Positions 24,701-38,400 of a DNA stretch of 64,000 bases are shown one piece after another. The notes beneath the pieces were generated by a model. The model did no database searches. It was given only the letters and a program-made list of their open reading frames with translations, and had not been told where the DNA came from. Made by a program: the position numbers and the translations under genes. The first letter of the stretch is position 1; each line of letters starts with the position of its first letter. Source of the stretch: Bugula neritina. Its lineage: Eukaryota > Animalia > Bryozoa. The stretch spans positions 27,668,628 through 27,732,627 of the forward strand of contig OZ037767.1 in NCBI GenBank assembly GCA_964035545.1, in the 5' to 3' direction.

Positions 24701-27700
24701 CTGCCAGGCATTTCTCAATGAGATAGTGACTACAAAAGTGTGTGAATTTCTATTGAAATAGTGCATGATTTATGGTATGAAATTTTACATAGTAAGATAT
24801 AAAAAGTTCTAAGGATCTCTAGTTATCGTTCACAGCAATTAAAAGTACAACACTAAAGTCAAAGTTGAGAGGTCAAGATACTAAAACAAAACACTAGGAA
24901 ACTACTGTCAAATTATGCTATTTAGCAAGTATCAATCACACAGTCCACATAGAAAATGTGGATCATATAAAAGGTATTTCAGTATATTATTGGTATATCT
25001 AAAAGATTAGCACAGTAAAAAATATCATGATGATGTTTCACAGATACAACATAGTAGACACACTGTGAATTAAGCTGATTTTTTAGAGCAATCTTTCTGC
25101 TTTATAAACCATTGTTTAAAAGTCAAACCTAAAACAATCGAAAAAACTTTGAACAATTATTTTTTGCAAAAACTTGATTTCTAACCGGCAGATTAAAACA
25201 ACAAATAATATAGAATACCATGTATGGTAATTTATATAAAGTTTAATTACAAATTTCAATAAAAATGATTCAAATTGATTTTCCACGTACTAAATATATA
25301 GAGAGAAAACACAAATTTTTCGTAAAACATAGGCTTAAATATTTTAGACCGCATCAGTATAGCACACAACTATAAGTTAAGATGAAGTTAGTCAACAAAT
25401 ACGTAACTAACTACAGTAGACATGATAGACTGTTCACTATGAATATAAAAACATAAATGTTTTTAACAAAGAGATGGGCCGTTGCAATATACATTACCAA
25501 ACTTCTTTAGTTGAACCATCAGTCCAGTTCATCTGCAGAAACTCGTTGTAAGCCTGTTGGTCAACCGAAAGAAATGCAGCAGGAAGATTGTTCGGTCTGA
25601 GCGCAAACCCGGGAATATAGCGAGGGCAGTTGAGGTCGGGATTCTCGTAGTCCTCTGTAACAACATTGTGTAGTAGTAGCTGCAAGCTTACAGCCACATA
25701 TACACGTCACGTAGTTTATTGTAACTTATCCGTGTATAAGGAAGCTTGTACATACAGAACACCATTTTACCAAAAAATATTGGCTCTGGTTGAATGGCAA
25801 ACTTATTTATATGAAACCTCATTTATATAGCAAAAGAAAAATTGCTTTGATCTCAAAGTTTCATGAACTTACAACTAACTGTATACACAACTCAATGTAT
25901 TTGAATAGAATGAACACCACAATATATGCTACAGAGTGTACACCAAAATATATGTTACAGAGTGTACACCACAATATATGTTACAGAGTCTACACCACAA
26001 TATATGCTACAGAGTGTACACCAAAATATATGTTACAGAGTGTACATCACAATATATGTTACAGAGTGTACACCAAAATATATGTTACAGAGTGTACACC
26101 ACAATATATGTTACAGAGTGTACACCAAAATATATGTTACAGAGTGTACACCACAATATATGTTACAGAGTCTACACCACAATATATGCTACAGAGTGTA
26201 CACCACAATATATGTTACAGAGTGTACACCACAATATATGTTACAGAGTGTACACCAAAATATATGTTACAGAGTGTACACCACAATATATGTTACAGAT
26301 TGAACACCACAATATATGTTACAGAGTGTACACCACAATATATGTTACAGAGTCTACACCACAATATATGCTACAGAGTGTACACCACAATATATGTTAC
26401 AGAGCATAGTACGAAAAACAGGAAATACCTGTGTCGAGTGCGCAAGTCGTTCCATTGATTGTGAAGTCATAAATATGACCATTTTGTTTGATCTTCTCGC
26501 AGCTCACCATGTCACGTGAGTCCTCTAAGCTCAACTAACAAGCAATAACAGCATGGTTACTTTCAGCAACAGGAATACATGTCATAATTTTACTTTCTGA
26601 TTTTAAATGCTGTGCCAGATAATTAAAATAGCATAACATATGATTCTGACTAACATATTTTAAAAGAGCATGATTTCAAATTTTATAGCAAAACTTCTAC
26701 TTTAGCAACTTCAAAAAAAATTAAAAAACAATCCAAAAAATTATGAAATATAGTATTTAGAGACATCAAGTTTATCGAACATTGTTCAAAGTTAGTGAGG
26801 AGCGTTAGAATTGCCTTTATTTCTGATAAAAAGCAGTGTGACAACAGCAGATGTGTACATACATTCATATATTGGAGCTCTCTGATCAATGACAAACTAG
26901 TCACATTAGAGCCGACAGTCTTGATGCCCCCACAAGTTATCCATTTGTTTTGAGGACATTTGGTGGAGCAAATGTCAGTAGCATCAGGTTCTGGTAGACT
27001 GGAATCATCAGTACAGAAGCACTGGGGTGGGTACTCAGCATTTACTATGGCATAGCCACTATACCCTTCCACTAGACACTTGGCCGTGCAAAAGGTTGGC
27101 GTCATCCATGGGCTGGTAGCTACTTTGGTCTTGTTTTCAATCGCATCATGGGGCAAACAACGAATTTCTAAAAAAGCATGTGTCTGAAGAATCGAGGAAG
27201 TAACATAAGAAAAGTATTTAGAAAAGTGAGGCTCCAGGACACAAATAGGAGCTCAAGAAGATAAACATATGAACACAATTATTGTTTATGTGAAAATTTT
27301 TCATCTAAGCATTCTTGCATCAAAAAATTAAAACTTTGCTAGACAAAATCTACTTACTGCCATTGTGTTTGCAAATAAATTTATGTGGAGACGATACATT
27401 TTTTATCACGTCTCCTGAGAATCCTATCTCCAGTTCTGAGCTAGTTTGACCTACAACATAAAAGTAGGTTAACCGTATAGAGATGAGTCATAAAGAACAA
27501 AGTAACTAAGACAGTGGCAATTAAACATAAAACTAATAGTGGTCATAAATAGAACTACCTTTAGTGAACTGGACTCCAGTACTATCAAATGATCCAAGCA
27601 GAACTGAATCGTAGGCCACAGTGCTAGGCATGGAAGCGTCAAACAGCTGGCCGTCAACCCAAGTAGCCAAATTGTTGCTTGTCTGGTGAATTGGACTAGA

Positions 27701-29048
27701 TACTTGCAAGCCGAGATGGAACCATTGCTTATCTATTCAGACAAATACAAATAACTCACACAAGATCAGACAACATTTAGCAAACCAAACCACTTTATAT
27801 ATGCATGGGCAAAAGAATTATAAAAATAACAAATTTTGGTAAAACTTGAAAACATAAATTGAAACCTTAAAAGTATTTAATTTTTAAAGAAGTGTGTTTT
27901 ATCACAGCACTTTGCTTCTAGTTGTTTTCTTCCTTTAAAAGGAGTTACTTATAGTAAAGGTAGAAGAAAAGCTGAAATATATAAAAGTTGATATGCGATT
28001 GTAGGATATAATTGCAACAGCAGAAGTTACTTCCCTACAAAATTTGTTTTGAACAAATAATTAGAAACCCTAGTTTATCAAAAACAGCATTCTCCCCACA
28101 TAAATGAAGTTAAAATAAAACAAGAGATTTGGACATAATAGAAGGGCGCTAACAGAACAACTGGTCAAGAGTTTAACTAAATTAAATGTGTGCTGTAGGC
28201 GTGATTGACACTAGTGATGCGCTATTGAAAAACATGTGTTACTGCTTAATTTTTTCATCAAAAACAAGATATGATGAAATGACCATTTTCACATTGCTAA
28301 TTGATACATCAGGATGTGGTTAAGTCTCTTCCTAAAACAGACCAACTTCCCATATATATAAACTCACTCAAGTTTATAGTTGCTATCCCTGTGAGAAACT
28401 CCTGATGAAAAGGATTTTTGTTAAAGCGGGCTAAGGACTTATTTAAATGAGGCACAAGAGCAATTATGACTGGATGCTCTTTCTAACATCACCAATGGCC
28501 TTTGTCCGGGCTCGAACCCATGACCTCCTGTTTACTAGGCAAATGCTCTAACCCCTAGACCACAGCTGCTCTCCAACTTCCTATATATATATATTATATA
28601 TATAGCTAACAGAGAAATAATGAGCCCATTATTTCTTCTATTTCTGAGCCTACAACCTTCCTGCATAGAAATGATTAGTAATGCAAATTTTAGTAGAATG
28701 AATATAATTACACATGTGCAATATGTTTGAAAACTGATAAAATTTGTCATCCTAAGTTCAATGTTATCTGTGATAATGCCTAAAGAAGACAACTAACAGT
28801 TCAAAGCAACGAATACCTTTGTTATGGACAAATTGGGCAATAAAGTCTACTTCTTCATCACTTTCAAGAGTTAGCAGGTGGGATTGGTGTTGTAAGCACA
28901 CATCATTTGCATCAATCCAGGAAAGAGGAGTCTCAAAGAGCCGGTAGCAATTGCCCGACTCTCGATCTGTTGTGGGAAAACTACTCGGGCATTGAGCTCT
29001 AGTGTTGGTCAGCAATTGCAGAAAAGCTATCAGAATAACTATTTTCAT
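21754..29048 (-). CDS. Short paralog receptor (~712 aa): signal peptide, C-type lectin, WSC, CCP-like domain, TM, acidic Ala/Glu/Pro-rich tail. Exons 29048-28817, 27732-27559, 27450-27358, 27167-26863, 26534-26429, 25654-25498, 24597-24491, 24218-24139, 23158-23086, 22727-22491, 22328-21754
   Basis: Eleven GT-AG exons sum to 2139 nt in consistent phase. Sequence: MKIVILIAFLQLLTNTRA-QCP..CYRLFETPLSWIDANDVC (CTLD), MTPTFCTAKCLVEGY (WSC), CPRYIPGF..WCPDG..CSYGNW..C (CCP-like), TM FALPLIVAVCTSIIVSAGVIALYMLL. Exon-by-exon similarity to the long paralog. Confidence 0.8.
22515..22655 (-). repeat. 27-bp coding repeat (AEKGVKPAI-like, ~5 units) in the receptor tail
   Basis: Tandem units visible in both the DNA and the ORF translation. 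Confidence 0.85.
23400..23527. mobile_element. Fold-back MITE-like element, copy 2 (intronic)
   Basis: gaaatgttctacaagcagctctgagttg...caactcagagctgcttatagaacatttc is a near-perfect palindrome with core gttctcaagtttgagaac. Confidence 0.8.
23533..23751. repeat. (GT)n microsatellite, ~220 bp
   Basis: Seen directly. Confidence 0.98.
25913..26404. repeat. 26-bp minisatellite, ~19 units, in intron 5 of the short receptor
   Basis: Unit gtgtacaccacaatatatgttacaga. Confidence 0.97.
28371..28574 (-). mobile_element. tRNA-derived SINE, family A, copy 2
   Basis: Minus strand reads ggagagcagctgTGGTCTAGGGGttagagcatttgcctagtaaacaggaggtcatgGGTTCGAGCCC. The body is shared with 7981-8194. Confidence 0.85.
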
Positions 29049-30332
29049 GTATCTGCAGAAAAGAGAAACCTTGGGAGTTGTCACTAAACATGAATGGATT
29101 AAGCAAAAACCTTCTCAACTAGCCAGGAAACAGTTCAAAGTTCAAGGGTGTAAATTAAACAGCAACATGCGATTGAAACAATACCTCCACAAGGCCATTC
29201 AAATAAAAGAAAGGTTAAATTAAAATTATAGTGATAAGTTTCGACACCTAATGACCCTAAAGATTGTGCTTAGATGCAGCACAAAGACCTATCATTTAAT
29301 TCATTCCACATTCGACTTATCGATGTACCCACATTGCAGTTACAATAGTTATCTGTTAACACTAAACATAAACCACCTCTTAGGAATCACAACAATTAAA
29401 CATAATATTTTTCAAGGATATTTAATTAAATTTAACTTTCTCTAGCAAAAAAGGATATTTTTAAAATGATATATCAATGACAAAAATAGTTCACTTTCTA
29501 AAACCTATGAATTGGTAACTGTACCCACCGCAAGTTCTCCATTTGTTTCATGTTTTATTTCTCCATATGGAAATTCTGAGTATCAGAAAAGAAGATGAAA
29601 TCAGATAAATAATAATTGAAAATGCTTGAAATTTTTTAATTCATGTTCAACAATAAAAAATATTTTACGATAAATGTTTATTTTGCACTGTAATTGTCAC
29701 AGCTACTATAATACCATGAGATTGTAATAATATTAGAAATTTTTATATATTTGATGTCATAACTTAGTATTCTGCTCTTTTACCAGAATGTGTGTTAAAG
29801 CAGACAGCAGAAAGTTTCTTCAAACAATAAAGTTTTCCACAAATAAAGAATTTGTTTGCTAAAAATTGAAATAATTATTAAAATTTGATATATTATTAGA
29901 ACAAGTTGCTGCTTCTGTTTTTGAAGACTTATAAAATCAACAAGATATCGTACTATCTGGGCATGTCATGTCATAAAAAAAGAATACTTTGCACCTAATG
30001 AGCTACTAGAGCTGATCAACTATGAATAAATCAAATTTAATCCATTCTCTAGGTTGCTAGTTTGTCTATTAGAGCACAGTGAAGAGCATCAGAACATATC
30101 AAATGATATATTGTAGTCAAAGAGCCTATACCAGTGTATGCTGACAGCCGAGTATCAACAACTGTGGAAATGATCATGGACATTCCAGTATATAACCAGA
30201 AATACCATGTAAAGGCTTTGTACACAAAATTTACCATAACAATTCTCATGAATGATAAAATAAGTATCGAAGGCAAGATGTTAGACTCAATACATGGAAT
30301 AAACTCAGCTGATTGCGACTGCTTGGCTAGCC

Positions 30333-33300
30333 TTAGGTCTTCAAAGTACTAGGCATAGATTCTATAAGTTCTCTGGTCAAATTCATATACATGAACTCTT
30401 TACCGGGACCTCCGTAATCAATATATCCTTTGCCACCACCTCGATCATGTGACACAGCAGCCTCAATCTGAGTTCCTTCGTGCCACTCATTGAAAGATGT
30501 GATAGAAATAACGTCCGGCAGAGATATAAGTGCTTTTTTGAAGTTAGTACGATAATAGCGGCCATTGTCACGGTCTTTGGTGTTTATGTTGTTCCATGGC
30601 CTAACCTATATGTTCAGAAATAAAATAGGTCAATGAGTATTTACACACACAGATTGAAAAAAATTTGAAAATTTTGCAGAAAATTTAATTTTACTTACTT
30701 TTTTCAAGTATTTAAATTCCAGTCTAATCATTGAACTCAAATTGAATGAAGCAAATGACCAGATAAGTATTTTGTTAAATTAAACTGCAACAGTAGAACA
30801 TTACAGTTTCATAATTAGATAACTTAACAGAACCTGCTTTTCCTTCTTTCTTTTTCATATCATTGACAACCAATTTGGTAAATGATATTGGGATATAAGA
30901 AATAGAAAATTAGAATTGTAAGCATGCATACAGCTTTTAGCTTTATTATTATTTTTGAGTAGAATTATGAGGGGAATATGAAAATTTTCATGCACATTCA
31001 TATAAAGACAAAGTTCATATGGTTGTGCCGACAACTCTAACATACAATACCTCAGTGTCGATATATCCCGGTCCTACACTTGGAATGAATAACATTTCCC
31101 GCTCCTTACAATACTTGGACATCGAGTTCCAGTGACTGGGCCTAGAGCCGTATACAAACGAGTTTGACGCAAAGTAGGTGTATAAACCGTCGAACCCGGC
31201 GTTATATATCTGTGGCAGGTGATTGGACTCTACAGCCAAACCTGAAATGAAGAGATTCTCAGGAACATGAAGAAACTGCAAGTGACAGTTTAATAATAAA
31301 GTATTACATAGAATTATCTGTTTCTATTAAATGGTTACTAGAATATATATAATTAATAAAAATGGTCCCCAGGTAGCTAGTCAACTCTGGAGCCACTATG
31401 CAATAGAAGTAGCCACAGCCTAAGAGAGAGAGCCAGCCGTCAACATAAAGTTTCATTATTACTGCTCTGCAGCTGTTAACATTTGTCCAAAAAATTGACG
31501 TTTCTTTAGGGAGACCTGAAAACCTGCTTGTTTACAATAGCAATTTTATTTTTGCCTCAACACTCATAGCAAGATCTTTAAAAGTTAAAAAATGTTAAAG
31601 ATTGCCTAAGCTTGTTGCTGATAATGGCAAACAAGTTGTCTTCTAAATAAGCAGTAGCATTTTAAATTTGATTTGAATATTAAAATAGTAGCATAGAAAC
31701 TTTATTGCAGCAAAACACTTACCAATAAAAATCCCATCATATTCAGTATTTCTAACTGTCATACTTTCAAGTACACTGAAAAGTTTTTTCCACTCCTTAA
31801 CTTGGACTTGATATGAGTCATACATGTAGAATAAAGGTAAATCTCGACCTTTTCTACGTCTTCTATAAAAGGCTTTATGCGAGCCATACTTGTCTATTAT
31901 ATACTTGATAGCATCTCTCAGACTGTATGCTGTCCGTTCATCAAATGGTTCAATGTAAAAACACAACTGAATAACAAAATACACATCACAGTCTTATGCA
32001 TTATAGATAGCCACGTGTTGAACATGTAACAATAAGATAAGAGAGGAAAAAGTTAGCTGAACAGTTTAATGCTGCTTGAGCAAGAGCTTTACAAGTGGTC
32101 AGAAAGTTTTATGGTATCTATAATACAAGCACAGGGCACATTACCAAAGAGTTGAGCTGTATATACTGCTAAATGCAATGTGTAGAAAACCTGTATACAA
32201 TTTTCCTATCCATAAACTACATGGCTAACTGCACACATACTCATACACATTGAAATAGGGAATCAGTCACACTGCGGATTTCTACCTAAAAATTGTCATT
32301 TGACTAGATGCATAGGTCTACCAAACTATGTCTCCTAAGCATTTAATTGATTTGATTTCATTGCAATATATTTCTAGTGTATTCTTGAGTAGAAAGGATA
32401 ATTTATGTAGATATCATACAATGTCGTATATTTGAATTCCAGAAAAAATACAATTAGCTCAGAGAAAATTCACTGTTTATATACAAAATATTACAGAGCA
32501 CATTTAACTGTTTGAATGAACAAAACTCTACAAGCAATTAAATTCAAGGCTTTTACTTTTCATCATTTGCAAACATGACAAATGTATGAGTCACCAGCAT
32601 GTAGCCTTGCAACTTCTCTATTAGCTATAATTCACTGCCCACCTTTATATCATATTTTGCAGCAGCATCAAGCAGAAGGGGAATGAGACGGTCAGGGGGC
32701 GTCCCTTCACTGTCGGCCTGTTTATTTGGATACCAAGACACGGCTATCACACCTTTGATTGTAAGGCATTAAACATTGACTACTTGGCATAACAAATTAT
32801 TCACAAAGAAGGTTGTTATGGGCCAGCAACTATGTATGTGGTGCACACACAACCTGACATAAAAGTTTATAATAATTTATACGTTAAGCTAATTTCAACC
32901 GAAAAAAGTTGTAAGTTACAATATTTACGATATAAAAAATAACATTTCTTGACAAGATCTAAACATCATTAGGCTTAGAGGTCTACTTTTCAAAAAAAAA
33001 AGAAAACAAATCCAAACTAAAGTATACTAATTTGTAATTGACATTCAAAATCAAGATTGAAAGATTTTTTATCTTACCGATTCTAGCTTTTCTGATTTCA
33101 AACATATGTCGGTCAATAACGTGCGGGTCTTTAGAGCTGTAAGCTCCCAGTTCAGGGTAAAAGTTTGCACCAATATCATCTGGTGGCGTGTGTCTACCTG
33201 TTGGATAGTTCCGGCTAATCTTCTCATCCCAGTGAGGCAAATACCTATTCAATCAAATGGCAGCTGCACTGAGAGAAGGACAACGTATGATATCATTACT

Positions 33301-34466
33301 TTCAATATTAGTGTGCATGAAGCAAGAATAATTTTGACGACACATTTCCACTATCAATACGTGTTCTCTTTTTTGAGAACTAAAAATAAAACTATACAAA
33401 CTAGAAAAATATTTTTATGAATACAATGTATACATACTATAAATTTATACAATTAATATTCAAATGAAAACACTTTAAATTAAATTTATGGGTGAAAAGC
33501 TCAAAATTTCTGTTTAGGTCTCTGGTAGCGGCAGAAGGATATTACATTACGCATTTGACCATGACCTTGACCCTTATTGAGCTATCTTGGAGACATAAAA
33601 TTATTATTAAAACCAACAGGAATTGTTAGCATGCAATACTAATCCTACCTATGATTCCAATGATACCATTGTTGATCATGTTCTGGATTGCCATACCATG
33701 CATAATAGAAGACGTGTACATCATAATTGGCAGGTGGCCAACTTGAAGGATCATAAACCAAAGCTTTCTCATCAATTTTAACCATACTGTTTTTATCTGG
33801 TTGGTCATTATTTACATGATTATTTTTAGTAGGTAAGGGGCTAATAGCCAATACTGGGAGGTGAGGCCCTTTAGGTGCTGCATCTTCATTGGGTGCAACT
33901 GGTTCCTTATTGTTATGCTTGTTACCTAAAACTAAAAATAGGTGTTTAAATATTAATTTCAAACATGTCAATTGAAAAGAGATATTTAAATAACTATAAC
34001 AGAATGATTACATAAACTTTTCTTACAATTTTCAGCACCATCATCCCACTTCCATAGAATGTTTGAATATATTAGCCCAAGAAAACCAACGACCAAAATG
34101 AAGGCAAGCAGAAATATTCTAAACTTTCTCCTGGGAAAATAAAGCACCTAAAATAAAATCGAACTAAAATCATTAAAAATCAAACTTGAAGGGTGAGTGT
34201 TGGTTAAAGAGATCAGAGATGTAACATGCATTTTTTATGCATAAAAATGTTTCTGATAGTCTATTGGTAGCTATGAAACACATTTGGTAGCAAATTAGAA
34301 AACAATAACCACAATTTTGCATAATATGATAAACAATGTAATGGATGACTACAAGATTCATGGTTTTACATCCAATTGACATAAAATTAGTCCAGAAGTA
34401 TTTGATTATCCCAAAATATAACAATTAGAGTGGTTATGGTTATTGACAATTATGGGAAATTACCAT
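30333..34466 (-). CDS. MANEA: Golgi glycoprotein endo-alpha-1,2-mannosidase (GH99). Exons 34466-34464 (ATG only), 34147-34027, ~33925-33649, 33244-33078, 32752-32643, 31966-31723, 31241-31051, 30605-30333
   Basis: Type-II anchor RRKFRIFLLAFILVVGFLGLIY. GH99 motifs HVFYYAWYGNP, WNHRYLPHWD, PPDDIGANFYPELGAYSS, FDGLYTYFAS, FIPSVGPGYIDTEVRPWN and catalytic SITSFNEWHEGTQIE. Confidence 0.95.
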
Positions 34467-35449
34467 AGTTGATGCCACTTCCAAGGTCACGTCAAGTTGA
34501 CCCCTTTCGTCATTGAATGGCTTGTCTCATTATGCAGTTATACACATGGAACTAAATCTGAAAGTAGTTAAATCATATATATAATTTATAGTTATACTGA
34601 TAGTGATACTCACTGATGAAAAATGTAATAACTAATTGTAATACTAATAGTAATAAAACTAAGCTATAGGAGTGCCTGGCAATGACTGCCTCATTATCAT
34701 AGTCATACTTATAGTGTAAGTGATAATAATAGTCATACTCATAGTGAGTTAGTCATACTCATTCACATTGTGATTGAGTTTGACAATCAGTATCACAATC
34801 ACAATGACTGAATGAGTATCAGTATGACTTTGAGTTTGACATTTGCTGATTTGGTTTACAGTGTGTGTGAAATTTGTCTAATTTCATATTAAGTGGATAT
34901 TGTGTCATATTTTACTATTGCTGTTCGTGTTGCAAAATTGATAAAAATAATTTATCAGTAACAGTAGTCGTAGCAGTTACAACAAAAAAACTTCACCACA
35001 ACATTAACTAGATTTAGAAGTTGGGATGTGCAACGATTTGTGTCTTTATAGTCCAGTTTTATCACGATTCACATAGTAATTATCGAGTTTGTCTAGAAAG
35101 AAACTTTTACGTGCCGAGAGAATTATTTATAGAAAGCCAAACATCTACCATGTGCTATTATATGTATACTAACCATACCAAATAAATAAGATGGTGTTAT
35201 TGGCCACCCGTTTTAAGTTTGGGCCAATAATTGAAGTCGGATGTGCGCCATTCTTACTCGCAAATGGCCTCAAGTTGAGACTGTTTCCCCAGTTTCTAAA
35301 ATCGCTATTGTATGAGCACTATTGTATATATGGAACAAAAATTAAGATGGCTAAAAGTTTCATCGTCATACCAAACAAGAGATTATTTATTTAGAGAAGC
35401 TGCACCTCTATTTTAACTTCAAGAACTTGCTCTCACGACCGGTATCAGC
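34467..35449. promoter_or_regulatory. Probable bidirectional promoter region, MANEA/SCAF4-8
   Basis: Divergent start codons lie ~1 kb apart. The TSSs were not determined. Confidence 0.6.
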
Positions 35450-38400
35450 ATGGAGCACGTCAAAGCTTTTCAGAGCGAGGTGTGCATTACTATGTCTATT
35501 ACTATTAACCTTTACAGTTTACACGTATAAACTATAGTTGTACTTATAGTAAGAATAGTTATACTAATACTCAAGGTTAAATTCTTAATATCACTTGGGT
35601 TTTTCTTGCTCAGACTGACTCGGAAACTTGTGACACTGACGAACTTATGCTTGTACTACAAGTTGTAGTTCTAATAGTTGATGTTATAGTATTAGTAATA
35701 CTAATACCAATAGTGATAGTAATACTATAACTATAAGTATAACTAAGTAATACTAATAGTAATACTAATTGTAAATGTTAATGTATACGAATCGGAATAC
35801 TTATAGAAGTTATACTAATACTAATAGTAAATCAAAATGTAATACTAATACTAATAGTAATACTAATACTAATACTAATAGTAATAGTAGGTAATAGTGA
35901 CTAATACTATTTTACTAATATTATTCACTAATACTAATAGTAATAGTAATATAAATATATTATAAATATTATTAATTAATAATTTTTAGGTTGATGTAAA
36001 TATTTTAATTTATATACTAAAAGTAAATCTAATACTTAAACTTGAAGGTAATAGTAATACTATTACTTCTACTTGTACTTATGCGTATACTTGTAGTAAT
36101 ACTAATAGTAATACTTGTAGACTAAGAGTAAGACTTGGACTATACTCTATACTTTATAGTAATTATCATAATTAGTATTACTCTATTAGTATAACTATAA
36201 ATATTGCTCTCATTCTGATTTTCATACTGCAACCCTTTGACTTTTGAGTTTGAGTTTCATGTTGATCTTTGTAACACTCTTCAATTAATTATTAATAGTA
36301 GTAATTGTAATTATGATATTAATATCATTAATAATTATTTATTATTAGTATTATTTTATTACTATACTATACGATACTTCACTAAGTGATTACTTGTAGT
36401 TGTTCGTGTGGCTAACTGGTTCTAGAAGTAGAAGTCATTGCTTCAAATCTATATTATTATTAATATGTATACATGTGTATAACTACTGGTTTATTACAGT
36501 ATCAATATGAGTATCAGGCTATTGCATATAAATATAGATATTGGTATATCACATTTTCTGTTGTAATTTCATTCAAACATACATGGCATGGTCAACAATT
36601 TTAATTGGTGCACATAATTTATTGTCGCAAATTTGGTTGAGATAACTAAGATTTGCTGTATTAAATGACTTACTACTTGAACCAACTTGGTGTAGACAGA
36701 ATTTCTTTACTTTTAGCTTCAACTTGACCACTGTTGGCGTGTTAATATAGACTATAGAGTTAACGAAGCAGAAGTCATCCAGCTTATTTAAAATTGTTTA
36801 ATTATTATAGCCTGTTTATTAAAAGTTTATTTCTGTGGTATATTGTTGGTGGTAATTATTTGAAGTAAGGCGTTGACCAAGTTTTTAAACAAATTGTGCT
36901 TCACTTTACTATCTTTAGTTATTTACTAATTGTTTTATTTCAGATGGATTCTCTCTTTAAATCAAAACCCCCAATTTCTAAAGCAAAAATGTCTTCTATT
37001 ACTAAAAGTGCCATGAAAGCTATAAAAATGTATAAACATGTTGTACAAGCAGTCGAAAAGTTTGTTAATAAGGTTAGTATATTTACGTTTGCTTAATGAA
37101 AAGGCCTTGCTCATTTTTTATGCCTGGTGTGCGTTGAACATCATGTTCTCTTTAGGTATACCTGAGATACTAATAATTTTGCTATTAAAATCATATATTT
37201 TTTTGTGTAGATAAGCAGATGATTTGTTTTAATGCAAAAGGCTCTCAAACCTAAATAAATTATTATTTAGTTACTCAGTAATTTCATTTCAAACATTTAT
37301 TTGCCAATATATAATATCATCAAGGTAGCTAGTGTGGATGAGCTTTACTATGGGTTGTAGTGTAAACCAGAGTACAAAGTTCCGGGTCTATATATTATGG
37401 ATTCAATTATACGACAATCTCGGCATCAATATGGAGTCGACAAAGATTTGTTTGCAGCTCGATTCTGTAAAAATATTTGCACGACATTTCAAAGTTTATA
37501 CAAGTGCCCTGAAAGTGACAAGGTTGGTATCTTATGCATGCATTTTATTGTATTTTGTTGTATTTCTCTACCAGCCTGTTTTGGGACTTCTATCAAGTAA
37601 CTGGATAGGTGTTTTTATTCTAGACAATTTTTCTTTCATTTTTGTAGAGCAAAATTTTGAGGGTTTTAAATCTTTGGCAAAAAAATGCTGTGCTTCCAAC
37701 AGACGTTATTCAGCCTCTTATGGACTTGGCAAAAGACCCCCAGGATCCTGCTATATTTAGAGATGGTGGGTGACACTCATGTGTTTATCAATCTACATTG
37801 AGTCTAGCATGCTGGCAAATTATAATTTGCCAAAGCTAAGTTTTCTGTGAGAAGTCATGAACTCGTGTTCACTTGTTCACTGCATTTTGTTTTATTTAAT
37901 TAATATATATTATATAACTGCTTAATAATAATAAACATGTATAATTTTTCATATTTTTTTGGAAATCAACAGTAAAATGTAATATATGTAGAAAAGCTTT
38001 CTGCTTACAAAGAGATTTAAGCTCATTCTAAACAGATGGTTTTTGTCAAGAAATGTCTATTGGCAAGTTATTAGAATTTATTTACATATTTGGGAGTCGT
38101 CATACTTTGTGTATAGCATTGACTGACTTTCGTTGACTGTGATAAACTGATGGTCAAAATATGTTTCCTGCTTTGTGCACTGTTACTAAATGCTGCCATA
38201 CTCACTTCAACTCTACTCCTTTAGTACACAAGAAAGTAGAGGCATCGACAGCAGCATATATTGCCAAGAAGCCAGATGTAGGCTCTGCTAGTAAAACCGA
38301 AAGCAATGCTGATGCACCATCTAATCCAATGGCGAAGAGGAAATCAACAGATAACTCTTCCAAAGAGTTGGAGGAAGTGAGACGAGCTTTATTTACTAGT

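Noticed and set aside
25790-26519. Overlapping repetitive ORFs in three frames / CRISPR-like periodicity
   Set aside because: This is a head-to-tail 26-bp minisatellite with no unique spacers and no cas genes, in eukaryotic intronic context.
6721-29048. Polycystin-1/REJ family assignment
   Set aside because: No PKD repeats, REJ, GPS, PLAT or multi-pass TM region were seen. Each gene has a single TM.
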